A stretch of DNA of 64,000 nucleotides from an uncultured Chloroflexia bacterium. GTDB lineage: Bacteria > Chloroflexota > Limnocylindria > QHBO01. A model generated the notes under the pieces. That model did no database searches. It was not told where the DNA came from and worked only from the letters and a program-made list of their open reading frames with translations. The position numbers and the translations under genes were made by a program. Shown here piece after piece: positions 38,224-48,201 of the stretch; within the stretch, counting starts at the first letter, position 1; every line of letters starts with the position of its first letter. The stretch spans positions 674,897 through 738,896 of the forward strand of contig CAWEQC010000003.1 of the NCBI GenBank assembly GCA_963811145.1, in the 5' to 3' direction.

Positions 38224-40992
38224 ATGCGCGCCGTCGGCTTCCTCCTCAACCGCTATCGGGCCGAGATCGGGCCGATGCTGCTGCTCGGTCTGATCGTTGG
38301 CGTCACTGCCTTCCTGGCGGCCGCAGGACCGAGGTTGTTCAACGGGGTGGCCGATGACGGCCTTCGTTACGACGTGGCTCGCTCCCAGTCGCTCGAGCGC
38401 AACCTCGAGCTCGGCGAGATCGGCAGCCTGAGCGGCGGCAGCGGCCTGCAGCCGGTGGCGGACCGCGGGCCCGAGCTGGAGGCAGAGCTGCCGGAGAGCG
38501 TTCGCCGCCTCATCGTCGACACGACCCATCACGCCGAGAGCACGAGCTGGTCCGTGGTGGATCCACCGCGAGAGCACCCCACCTGGCTCCGGTTCCGCTT
38601 CCCGGAAGGCGTGGACGAGCGAATCACGTACGTGGACGGCCGGCCGCCGACCGGCGATACCTTCACCATTCCCGGACAGCGTGGGACGGCCCCAGGCGAG
38701 CCGGACGATGCGACCGTCTTCGAGGTCGCGCTCTCCACCCAGATCGCCGAGACGCTGGGGGTCGGGGTCGGGGATCGAATGGAGCTGATCCCGGATACCG
38801 ACGATGCGCTCGTCGGCAGGTTCAGCATTCCCGTGCGCGCCGCCGCGGACGTCGTGGGCATCTACGCGGTGGACGATCCGGCGGAGGAGTTCTGGATGAA
38901 CGATTCGGCCCTCGAGCTGCCCACCGTCATCGTCATCTCGCCCGAGCTCCAGCTGCTGTACGGGTCCGCGATTCTCTCCGCCGACGCGTATCCCACCCTG
39001 ATCGGCAACGGGCTGCCGGCGCGGTACGCGTGGCGCTACTTCATCGACCCCGGGCGCCTGGATGCCGGCTCGCTCGACGAGCTCACCGCCGACCTGCGCC
39101 AGATGCGGACCCGATACCCCCCGTTCGTGACGACGCTGCGCGATGCCGACGTCACGACGCTGCAGACGGGCCTGCTGGCGCTGCTCGACGGCTATGCGGC
39201 CGAGCGGCGCACGGCGGAGGCGGTGCTGGTGACGGCGTCGCTCGGCCCCGCGGCGGTGGCGACCGCGGCCGTTGCGCTCGTCGCGCTGCTGATGGTGCAT
39301 CGCCGACGCCGCGCGGTGGCCCTGGTCCGCGGGCGCGGCGCATCGGTCGGCCAGCTGCTCGGCTCTCACCTTCTCGAGGGGCTGCTGGTGGCCGCCCCGG
39401 CGTCGGCCATCGGGTACGCCGCAGCCATGATGCTGGTAGGCGGTCGGGCGTCCGCCTGGAGCCCGATCATGGCCGTGCTGGTCGCCGGCGGCGCGGCCCT
39501 GGTCCTCACGCTCACCGTCCTCCGGCCGGCCATCGCCCCGCTCCGCGAGTCGGAACGGGAAGTCTCCTCGGCGGCCCGGTTGAGCCCTCGCCGGCTCACC
39601 TTCGAGGGACTCGTCATCGTGCTGGCCGCCGGAGGGGCGTACCTGCTGCGGCAGCGCGGGCTCGCCGGCGGCAGCACGGCCGGCGAGCTCGCCGGCGTCG
39701 ACCCGCTGCTGGCAGCCGTGCCGGCGCTCATCGGCCTGGCGGTCGGACTGCTGACCGTGCGCCTGTACCCGCTGCCGCTGATCGCCGCCGGCTGGTTCGC
39801 CGACGCGTGGCGCGGGATGGTGCCGGCCTTCGGCCTGCGACGCGCGGCCCGCACTGGAGACGTCGGCAGCCTGCCGCTGATCGTGCTGCTGGTGACCGTC
39901 GCCATCGGCGCATTCAGCTCGACCATCTTCGTGACGGTCGAGCGCGGCCAGTCCATTGCCGCCTGGAACGAGGTTGGCGCGGACCTGGCGATCAGGCCGG
40001 GGACCCGTCCGTTCCCGTCCGGCTTCGACGGCACGAGCCTCCCCGGCGTCGAGGCCGTTGCACGGATGCACCTCGACGACGCCGTCCTCGGTGGCCGTGG
40101 CGGTGTGCGCGTGGAGATGAGCGCCCTCGACACCCCGGCCTACGCGGCCGTGACGGCCGGCACGGAGGCCGATCCGAACCTGCCGCGCGCGCTGCGCGAT
40201 CCGCCGGGGCCCGACCAGCCGATCCCGGCAGTCCTGTCGACCCGGGCCGCAACCGCCGGCCCGCGGCCGGTCCGGGTCAACGACGAGGTGGACCTGCTGG
40301 TATCTGCCCGAACCGTCACGCTGCGCGTCGTCGGGATTCGACAGAGCTTCCCGGGCGTCGACCCAGACACGGCCTGGCTGGTCCTGCCGCTCGAGACCCT
40401 GCGTGCCGCTGCCGGCGACCGCGCGTTCACGCCCAGCGTGATCTTCCTGCGTGCGCCGGGTGCGACCGCCGCATCGGTGCAAGAGGCGATGGACGAGGTG
40501 CAGCCGGCCACGCTGGTGACGAGCCGGAGCGAGGTGCTCGAAGCCCTCCGTGCCGGTCCTTTGGTGCGCGGGGTCGGCACCGGCTTCGTCCTTGCCGTCG
40601 CGATTGCGATTGCGTACGCCGCCCTCGCGACCACGGCCGCTCTGGTGCTGGTGGCTGCCGTCCGCACGCGAGAGACCGCCCATCTGCGCACGCTTGGCAT
40701 GACACCGCGCGGCCTGCTGGCGCTGTCGGTCGTCGAGCACGGACCGGCTGTCCTGGCGGCCACCGCCATCGGCGTCGCGCTGGGGGTCGGCGTCGCATGG
40801 TTCGTCGCGCCGGGGCTCGACCTCGCCGGCCTGATCGGCTCATCGATCGATGTGGCGCTGGTGGTCGACTGGCAGGTGGTCGGACTGTTGCTGCTTGCGC
40901 TGGTGGCGGTGCTGGCGATCGGGATCGCGCTCTCCAGCTGGATCGGGCGCCGCGCCAGCCTGGCGGGCTCCACGCGGCAGGGCATCGAGTGA
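38224..40992 (+). CDS. Second double-FtsX ABC permease
   Basis: It is 922 aa with the same architecture, 3 nt after the previous stop. Confidence 0.7.
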   Translation: MRAVGFLLNRYRAEIGPMLLLGLIVGVTAFLAAAGPRLFNGVADDGLRYDVARSQSLERNLELGEIGSLSGGSGLQPVADRGPELEAELPESVRRLIVDTTHHAESTSWSVVDPPREHPTWLRFRFPEGVDERITYVDGRPPTGDTFTIPGQRGTAPGEPDDATVFEVALSTQIAETLGVGVGDRMELIPDTDDALVGRFSIPVRAAADVVGIYAVDDPAEEFWMNDSALELPTVIVISPELQLLYGSAILSADAYPTLIGNGLPARYAWRYFIDPGRLDAGSLDELTADLRQMRTRYPPFVTTLRDADVTTLQTGLLALLDGYAAERRTAEAVLVTASLGPAAVATAAVALVALLMVHRRRRAVALVRGRGASVGQLLGSHLLEGLLVAAPASAIGYAAAMMLVGGRASAWSPIMAVLVAGGAALVLTLTVLRPAIAPLRESEREVSSAARLSPRRLTFEGLVIVLAAGGAYLLRQRGLAGGSTAGELAGVDPLLAAVPALIGLAVGLLTVRLYPLPLIAAGWFADAWRGMVPAFGLRRAARTGDVGSLPLIVLLVTVAIGAFSSTIFVTVERGQSIAAWNEVGADLAIRPGTRPFPSGFDGTSLPGVEAVARMHLDDAVLGGRGGVRVEMSALDTPAYAAVTAGTEADPNLPRALRDPPGPDQPIPAVLSTRAATAGPRPVRVNDEVDLLVSARTVTLRVVGIRQSFPGVDPDTAWLVLPLETLRAAAGDRAFTPSVIFLRAPGATAASVQEAMDEVQPATLVTSRSEVLEALRAGPLVRGVGTGFVLAVAIAIAYAALATTAALVLVAAVRTRETAHLRTLGMTPRGLLALSVVEHGPAVLAATAIGVALGVGVAWFVAPGLDLAGLIGSSIDVALVVDWQVVGLLLLALVAVLAIGIALSSWIGRRASLAGSTRQGIE

Positions 40993-41010
40993 GTCTGCGA
41001 GGATGAGCCG

Positions 41011-42013
41011 ATGAGAGAGCCGACAGGCGACCAGCGCGGCGAGATCGTCGACCTGCCCGGAGCCGCGCCCGTCGAGGCGGGTCCGACCTTCGCGCCGCGA
41101 GGCCCTCGGCGCCGCACCTTCGGCGAGGGCGCGCAGATCGCGTGCGACAACCTCGTCAAGATCTACAAGGTCGCCGACCTCGAGGTGGTGGCCCTCCAGG
41201 GACTCGACCTGTTGGTCGATCCGGCGGAGATGATCGCCATCGTCGGCGCGTCGGGCTCGGGCAAGTCGACCCTGCTGAGCATCCTGGGCGGCCTCGACGT
41301 CCCGTCGGCCGGACGCGCCACCGTCGCGGGCCACGATCTCACCGCCATGGGGCGTCGCGAGCGCACCCTCTACCGGCGGCGCGTTATCGGCTTCGTCTGG
41401 CAGCAGACCGCGCGCAACCTGCTGCCGTACCTGTCGGCCGCCGAAAACGTCGAGCTGCCGATGATCCTCGACGGCCGGGCCGGCCGCTCCCGTCGCCAGC
41501 GAGCGCACGACCTGCTCGCTCTGGTCGGCCTCGAGAGACCGCGGCGAGCATCGGCCCGATCGTCTCAGCGGCGGCGAGCAGCAGCGCGTCGCGATCGCGG
41601 TGGCGCTGGCGAACGAGCCGGAGGTCCTGCTGGCGGACGAGCCGACCGGCGAGCTCGACACCGACACCAGCGCAGAGATCTTCGAGCTGCTGCGGCACAT
41701 GAACCGCGAGCTCGGCACGACCGTCGTCATCGTCACCCACGATCCGCTGGTGAGCGACCAGGTTCAGCGCACCGTGGCGATTCGCGATGGGCGCACGTCA
41801 TCCGAGACGCTGCGGCGCTCGTCCGTCTCCGACGAGGGCGATCACCAGGTGATCGCGGAGGAATTCGCCGTCCTCGACCGCGCCGGGCGTCTCCAGCTGC
41901 CGCGCGCGCACGTCGAGGCGCTGGAGCTCGAGCGGCGCGTCCGGCTGCGCCTCGAGCCGGACCACATCGGCGTCTGGCCCGACACGCACGAGCAGAAGGA
42001 GGCGGACCGATGA
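41011..42013 (+). pseudogene. ABC transporter ATP-binding protein (MacB/LolD-type) carrying a +1 frameshift near 41535
   Basis: Walker A (GASGSGKST) and Q-loop are in frame 1. The signature and Walker B ([32 protein letters not shown]) are in the frame of ORF 41600..42013. The sequence CTCGAGAGACC appears to carry one extra base. Confidence 0.6.
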
Positions 42014-42750
42014 CCGAGCGCTTCAGCTCCGGTCACGGCGGAGCGATGGTGGTCGCCGAGGGCCTGGTTCGCGATTACCCATCGGGCGACGGCGTCGTGC
42101 ACGCTCTGCGCGGGATCGACCTGCGCGTGGAGCGCGGCCATCTCGTCGCCGTGCGGGGGCGGTCCGGCTCCGGCAAGACGACGCTCCTCAACCTGCTCGG
42201 CGGGCTGGACCGGCCGACCGCCGGTCGCGTGGTGGTCGATGGCGACGAGGTGAGCGCGATGAGCGAGGCGCAGCTCGTGGAGTTCCGGCGGGGGACGGTC
42301 GCCTTCATCTTCCAGGCCTTCGGGCTGCTCCCGATCCTGTCGGCTGCCGAGAACGTCGAGGTGCCGCTGCGCCTCGTTCGCGCGGACCCGCGAGCCCGGG
42401 ACGCGCGCGTGGACGAGCTGCTGGAGCTGGTGGGCCTCGGGCCGCGTGCGCGGCATCGGCCCCACGAGCTCTCCGGCGGCGAGCAGCAGCGGGTCGCCAT
42501 TGCTCGCGCCCTCGCCAACCGGCCGAAGCTCCTCCTGGCCGACGAGCCCACCGGCCAGCTCGACTCGCACACCGGCCACGCGATCATGGGCCTGCTGCGC
42601 ACCGTGGTCCGCACCGAGGGCGTGACGGCGGTGGTCGCCACTCATGATCCGGCGCTGCTCGACCTCGCCGATCGCGTCGTCGAGATCCATGACGGGCTGC
42701 TCACCGAAGCCCCGCGGCCACCCGTTCCCGAGGTCGTGGGAGGCGTCTAG
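42010..42750 (+). CDS. ABC transporter ATP-binding protein (MacB/LolD-type), intact
   Basis: Walker A is GRSGSGKTT, the signature is [15 protein letters not shown], and Walker B is [16 protein letters not shown] overlaps the upstream ATPase. Confidence 0.85.
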   Translation: MTERFSSGHGGAMVVAEGLVRDYPSGDGVVHALRGIDLRVERGHLVAVRGRSGSGKTTLLNLLGGLDRPTAGRVVVDGDEVSAMSEAQLVEFRRGTVAFIFQAFGLLPILSAAENVEVPLRLVRADPRARDARVDELLELVGLGPRARHRPHELSGGEQQRVAIARALANRPKLLLADEPTGQLDSHTGHAIMGLLRTVVRTEGVTAVVATHDPALLDLADRVVEIHDGLLTEAPRPPVPEVVGGV

Positions 42751-43330
42751 CGGGACTCCTCCAGCCATGATTCGCGGATGGCGCGCGATGCGAGCTCGGT
42801 GCGTGACGCGACGTCGTGGCGCTCGAAGAGGCGGCGCAGGTGCGCTCGACCGTCCGCGAGCTGATGCCGAGGCGGGCTCCGATCTCGTCGTTCGAGGCGC
42901 CCTCGACCACGCGCCGAACGACGTCGCGCTCGCGATCGGAGAGGGGGACCCCGTCGCCGGGGCGCACGCCGAAGTGGAGGGTTCCGGCGCCGCGCCGCGG
43001 ATCGCGTCGAGCAGCTCGCGGTGGGGGCCGTCTTGACGACGAAGCCGGCGGCCCCCAGCCGCAGCGCCGCATCGGCGTATTGCGGATAGTCGTACGAAGT
43101 CACCACCACCACCGCGGCATGCGCCCGGCGGCTCGTGGCAGGATGTCGAAGCCCGATTCGTCGCCGAGCCTCAGGTCGAGCAGCAGCACTGGACGTCGCT
43201 CGTCCGCGAGGATCGGCGCGCAGCTCTCGAGGCTGGCAGCCACGCCGGCGATCTCCATGTCCTCCTGGCGATCGATGAGCGCCGCCGTCCCTCGCGGACG
43301 AGCGGGTGGTCGTCGACGACCGCCACGCCG
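42747..43330 (-). pseudogene. NarL/LuxR-family response regulator, fragmented across three reading frames
   Basis: Frame 1 holds the receiver N-terminus (PVLLLDLRLGDESGFDILP). Frame 2 holds the receiver C-terminus (VVVVTSYDYPQYADAALRLGAAGFVVKTAP). Frame 3 holds the LuxR HTH (LSDRERDVVRRVVEGASNDEIGARLGISSRTVE). The C-terminus (AHLRRLFERHDVASRTELA) returns to frame 2. Confidence 0.55.
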
Positions 43331-43332
43331 GA

Positions 43333-45583
43333 TCACTGAGGGCCGCCACTCCAGCGCGACCGCGTGCCACCGGCGGGCCAGCGACGCACGTCGAGCAGCG
43401 CCCCGATCTGCTCCGCGCGCTGCTGCATGTTCGCCAGCCCGAAGTGGCCCTCGCTCGGCGCCTGTTCCGCCGCATCGGAGCCGATGCCGGGGCCGGCGTC
43501 GTCGATCGCCAGCGTCACCCGGCCGTCGCGTTGACGTCGTAGCGCACCGCGATCGGCGGCTTGCCGTGCTTGATCGCGTTGTTGATTGCCTCCTGCGCCA
43601 CGCGGAAGACGGCGAGCTCGACGTTGGCCGGCGGCCGCTGCTCATCGGATCGCTCCAGCTTCACCTGGCCGCCGGCCAGCGGCTCGACCCGCTCGACGAG
43701 CCACTCCAACGCCGCGCCGGCGCCGAGGTCGTCGAGGATCGGCAGGCGCAGGTCCCCCACGACGGCGCGCAGCTTCGTCGCCACCTCGCGGGCCTGCGTG
43801 GCCGCCTCGGCCTGGCCCGACTCGTCGAGCGTTCGCACCAGCATGGTCAGCTGCTGGAGAGCGTCATCGTGGAGGTCCGCCGCCAGCCGCGCGCGCTCCG
43901 TCTCGGCGGCGGCCACCGCAAGGTCGCGCTGGAGCTGGCTGCGCTGCGCGAATCCGAGGAGCGGCGCCGAGCGTGAAGAATCGCCACACGACGAGCGCGG
44001 CCAGCCAGCCGGCGAGGATCAGTTCTCCGCCGCCGCCCGGTAGCAGCAGGGTCGCCGCCACGCCAGGCGTCAGCGCAACCGCCAGCGTCTCGAGCCGCCC
44101 GGTGATGGCCTGCGGGTCGCCGGGCCGATCGGCGAATGCGACGGGGATGCCCGGGATGAGCGCGACGAGCCCGATCAGGGGGACGGCGAGGCTCGAGCCG
44201 GTGAGGCTCAGGAGGACGATCGACGACCACCAGGCCGGAGGCGAGCATGAAGAGCCGGCCGCGCCAGACCGCATCGGTGTGGCGAGCGGCCACGAGGTGG
44301 GCAACGCCGAGGGCGGCGAAGGCCGTCGGCAGCACGACTTCAGGTGCCCCGCCGTCGAACTCCACGAGTAGGTCACCAGCATGACCGGGATGCCGGTCGC
44401 CGCGGCCAGGGGGATCGCCGCATCGGTCCACCCGCCACCGAGGAAGCCGCGATTGACGGAGACGCCCGACGACGACCGCCAACCGACGCCCATCACCAGG
44501 GCCCACGTCGACTCCTGCCTCACCGCAAGCAGGACGGCCAGCAGCATCAGGCCCCAGGTGAACAGCTCGCGGGCGTTCCGTATTTCGGGCGTGCTTCCCG
44601 TCGAGTCCCCGAACGCACCGGAGCGGATGCGCCCGAAGCCTCCGGTGATGACGTCCGCAAGGCCACCGATGGGCAGCAGATGCCACCCGAGCAGAACGGC
44701 GATGAGGACGAGCGGGATGCCCGGCGACATGTCGCTGGGCAGGATGAGCGTGAGCGCGGCGATCGGAAGGAGGGCAAGCGAGATCACGCTGACCCAATCC
44801 CGCATCGAGCGGTTGGCTCCGAGGCCGGCGATCGCTGCCGGTGCGACCGAAACCGCTGCGATCAGAGACGAAGATCGGTTCGCGTTCGTCCGGGGAGAGT
44901 GTCGGCGACGTCATGTGGCGCACCACGAGAATCGCCGCCAGCCCTGCCGCCACCATCGACGCCGCCATGGCCGTCCGCTGCCAGGAGGCGTCGCTGTGCA
45001 GGCGCGACAGCCCGAATGCCGAGCACCAGCGATGCGGCGATCGGCAGGAGGTAGCCGGCGTAGATGCCGATCGGGTTGCCGACCTGGATGACGGTCGCCA
45101 GCAGGAACGGGATCGCACCGCGGCACCGAGCGTCCGGCCTCACCGCGCCCGACCTCAGCCGCGAGCCCGTGGTGCAGGACCCGCCACACGAGCAGCGCCG
45201 AGGCCGATTCCGATGGCAACCAGGTAGATGTTGGAGCCGAGCCTGGACTCGAGCCAGTCACGATTGACCATCGAGAAGCCGATCGCGACGTCCTCGTACA
45301 CGCTCGCCGGTATTGACGCTGAGGATTCGCGCCGATCGACCGCGCTCCGAGCGGTGGCGTGAACGAGTCGCCCCACTCCGTCCGCAACGGTTGACCGCGC
45401 AGCGACCTTGCTGCCGTCAGACGTCTGAAGCTCGAGGACCAGCTCACCGGGCTCCACGAATTCCGCGCACGCGTTCCGTCCGGCGTGACGTCCGAACATA
45501 GACGCCCCGGTCCGCGGTCCCGAGCTGGAGGCCGATGTCGACCGTGCCGTAGAGCCAGACCACGACGCTCGCGACGGCCGCAC
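43333..45583 (-). pseudogene. NarL-type sensor histidine kinase (HisKA_3 plus HATPase), fragmented across multiple frames
   Basis: The H-box is ERARLAADLHDDALQQL, the N-box is FRVAQEAINNAIKHG, and the G-box is in another frame (LAIDDAGPGIG). TM segments and a sensor domain are spread over ORFs 43864..44805, 43847..45118 and 45155..45583. Confidence 0.5.
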
Positions 45584-45755
45584 CGAGCGCGATGATCAAC
45601 GCGAGGGAGATCGCGGCGCGCGAGTGACATCGACCGGACGGTAGCAGAGGCGCATCGACCGACCAATGCGTGAGATCACGCAATGAAGCGCGGTGACGTC
45701 CCGGATGGTGGAGCGCTGGCTGGGCGCGAGCATCGGTCATGAAGGAGGTGAACCG

Positions 45756-45842
45756 ATGCAGACGCTCCGCGCATCCGCCGTCGCACTGCCGTTCGTGGGC
45801 CTCGCGCTGCTCGTCGGGCTGCTTTCGCTGATCGCGCGCTGA
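45756..45842 (+). CDS. Candidate 28-aa hydrophobic small protein (MQTLRASAVALPFVGLALLVGLLSLIAR)
   Basis: A perfect SD, GAAGGAGGTG, lies 5 nt upstream of the ATG. It has a single predicted TM helix. A GGGCTCGAGCCC palindrome follows the stop. Confidence 0.35.
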   Translation: MQTLRASAVALPFVGLALLVGLLSLIAR

Positions 45843-45980
45843 ATCGCTGGTATCATGGGCTCGAGCCCACCGACGTTGGAGAAAAGGCCCGCCGGGGCCA
45901 CGGAATCGGTAGGGTTCGGCACTCGAGATCCTGTTGCGCAGACGCGTGCCCCTGCTCGGAACACGCTCGTCAGGTGCCCC

Positions 45981-47207
45981 ATGCGAGTCCTGCTCATCGG
46001 CGTCGGCACGGTCGGAGAGGCCATCGCCCGCCTCGCTTCGGAACGCGATTGGCTCGAAACGCTCGTCCTCGCCGACTACGACGAGTCGCGCGCCCGGACC
46101 GTCGCCGATGCGCTCGGCGGTGCCCCCCGTTTCACCGGTGTGCAGGTCGATGCCCGCGATCCATCGGCCATCGCCCAGCTGGCGCGCGCGCATCGGGCCG
46201 ACCTGGTGATGAACGCGGTCGACCCGCAGTTCGTGATGCCGATCTTCCACGGCGCCCTCGAGGCCGATGCGAACTACATGGACATGGCGGTCAGCCTCTC
46301 GAAGCCACATCCCGAGCGCCCGTTCAGCGAGCCCGGCGTCAAGCTGGGTGACGAGCAGTTCGCCCTCGCCGCCGAGTGGGAGTCGCGCGGCAGGCTCGCG
46401 CTGGTGGGAATGGGGATGGATCCAGGACTCACCGATGTCTTCGCCGCCCACGCCGCCAAGCACGACTTCGACGAGATCCACGAGGTCCACATCCGCGACG
46501 GCGGCGACCTCGAGATCCCCGGGTTTGCCTTCGCGCCGGTGTTCAGCATCTGGACCACGATCGAGGAGTGCCTCAATCCGCCGATCGTCTGGGAGGACGG
46601 CGACTGGCACACCACCGAGCCGTTCAGCGCGCCCGAGGCGTTCCCGTTCCCGGAGGGGATCGGCCCGGTCGAGTGCGTCAACGTCGAGCACGAGGAAGTG
46701 CTCCTGATCCCGCGCTGGATCGAGACTCGCAAGGCGACCTTCAAGTACGCGCTCGGCGCCGACTTCATCGACAAGCTCAAGACGATCCACGCGCTCGGCC
46801 TGGACCGCACCGACAAGGTGCGCGTGAAGGGCGTCGAGGTGGCGCCGCGCGACCTGTTGGCCGCCATCACCCCCGACCCCATCAGCCTGGGGGACAAGTT
46901 TCGGGGTCGGGCCGTGGTCGGCACCTGGGTGCTCGGCACCAAGGACGGGAAGCCGCGCGAGACGTTCGCCTACCAGATGGCCGATGCCGAGGAGACCTGG
47001 GCGCGATACGGCCTGCAGGTCGTGGGCTGGCAGACCGGCTTCAACCCGGTCATCGCCATGGAGCTGCTGGCCAACGGTGCCTGGACCGGCGCCGGCGTCC
47101 TCGGCCCCGAGGCCTTCGATCCGGATCCCTACCTCTCGCTGCTCGACCGGTACGGCATCCACCACGCCGTGGTCGAGATGGAGCCGGGGGCGCATCGGCC
47201 CACCTGA
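45981..47207 (+). CDS. Saccharopine dehydrogenase-like NAD(P)-binding oxidoreductase
   Basis: It has an N-terminal Rossmann fold (MRVLLIGVGTVGEAIA) and an Sacchrp_dh-like C-terminus. The upstream part of ORF 45855 is probably non-coding. Confidence 0.7.
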   Translation: MRVLLIGVGTVGEAIARLASERDWLETLVLADYDESRARTVADALGGAPRFTGVQVDARDPSAIAQLARAHRADLVMNAVDPQFVMPIFHGALEADANYMDMAVSLSKPHPERPFSEPGVKLGDEQFALAAEWESRGRLALVGMGMDPGLTDVFAAHAAKHDFDEIHEVHIRDGGDLEIPGFAFAPVFSIWTTIEECLNPPIVWEDGDWHTTEPFSAPEAFPFPEGIGPVECVNVEHEEVLLIPRWIETRKATFKYALGADFIDKLKTIHALGLDRTDKVRVKGVEVAPRDLLAAITPDPISLGDKFRGRAVVGTWVLGTKDGKPRETFAYQMADAEETWARYGLQVVGWQTGFNPVIAMELLANGAWTGAGVLGPEAFDPDPYLSLLDRYGIHHAVVEMEPGAHRPT

Positions 47208-47213
47208 TCGGCG

Positions 47214-47525
47214 CTAGTCGATCGGCGTGATGCGTTCGATCGTCGCGTCGAGCCGCGACCGGACCTCGAGGAGCTCGCGGAGGGTCTCGCTCGCCCAACC
47301 GGCGCCCTCCTCGGTCGGCGGCGAGACCGGCGCCTGGAGCGCCCGCAGCTGGAAGGGGTAGTGGGTGAGCAGATCCTCGATATCGGCGCGCCAGCCGGCG
47401 ATCTGCGACGTCCAGTAGCTCTCGGAGTCGGGCGCGATCATCTGATCGGCGCGCAGGCGGCGCTCCAGGTCGACTCCGGCACGCCGGAGTCCCGCGAGCC
47501 GGGCAGCGACCTCGCGATCGGGCAC
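47214..47525 (-). CDS. Hypothetical protein (103 aa, helical)
   Basis: The only support is the ORF itself, convergent with the preceding gene, plus codon usage. Confidence 0.35.
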   Translation of the reverse strand: MPDREVAARLAGLRRAGVDLERRLRADQMIAPDSESYWTSQIAGWRADIEDLLTHYPFQLRALQAPVSPPTEEGAGWASETLRELLEVRSRLDATIERITPID

Positions 47526-47614
47526 GGCGACATTCTAGTCAGCGCCTCGCGGTGGTGGCGCCGTGGATCGCGCGTATTCTGATCTGCCCACACGAGCTGC
47601 AGGAGACCAGACCG

Positions 47615-47968
47615 ATGACGACCGAGGTGGCGCAGGCGGCAACGAACAACGTGGCGCAGATGGCGCTGAACCAGACACTCGACGCCATGGCGATCCGCCA
47701 CGTCTTCGGTGAGCCGATCGATCGCGACGGCGTGACCTACCTGCCCGCTGCCAAGGTGCGCGGCGGCGGGGGCGGCGGCGGCGACACGGAGGGCAACGGC
47801 GGAGCCGGGTTCGGGGTGGCATCCAAGCCGGCCGGCGTGTTCGTGATCCGCAACGGTGACGCCGAGTGGCGCCCGGCGCTCGACATCAATCGCATCGTGC
47901 TCGGGGGCCAGCTGGTGGCGATCGTCGCGCTGCTGGTGCTGCGCTCGATCCTGAAGCGGCGCGCCTGA
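47615..47968 (+). CDS. GerW/YtfJ-family protein (sporulation-protein-YtfJ-like, DUF2089)
   Basis: The central motif is GEPIDRDGVTYLPAAKVRGGGGGG...GAGFGV...PAGVFVIRNG and it ends in a hydrophobic tail. RBS AGGAGA lies before ATG 47615. Confidence 0.55.
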   Translation: MTTEVAQAATNNVAQMALNQTLDAMAIRHVFGEPIDRDGVTYLPAAKVRGGGGGGGDTEGNGGAGFGVASKPAGVFVIRNGDAEWRPALDINRIVLGGQLVAIVALLVLRSILKRRA

Positions 47969-48011
47969 AGATCGTTTGACCGAAGTAGGGGCCAGCACTA
48001 CCATGGGCGGT

Positions 48012-48086
<75 letters not shown>

Positions 48087-48101
48087 GATCCGCGCGCAAT
48101 C

Positions 48102-48130
48102 GAGCCCCGCTTCGGCGGGGCTCTTGCGTT
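48102..48130 (+). terminator. Rho-independent terminator after tRNA-fMet
   Basis: It is a perfect hairpin GAGCCCCGC-ttcg-GCGGGGCTC followed by TTGCGTTG. Confidence 0.6.
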
Positions 48131-48201
48131 GTCCGGCGTTGGGTACAATGCGGCGGCCTACTCCGCCCCCGAGCGAGCCCTCAGGAGGGTGAACGCGCCC
48201 G

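Noticed and set aside
37447-40740. 1097-aa minus-strand ORF opposite the FtsX permeases, with similar long antisense ORFs at 36058..37173, 39030..41006 and 40140..41159
   Set aside because: Their translations are extreme Arg/Gly/Asp low-complexity with no domain features. The sense strand encodes coherent FtsX modules.
47760-47800. Run of GGC/GGG triplets (ggcggcgggggcggcggcggc)
   Set aside because: It lies inside the GerW-like coding sequence and encodes a poly-Gly loop. It is not a non-coding tandem repeat or CRISPR.
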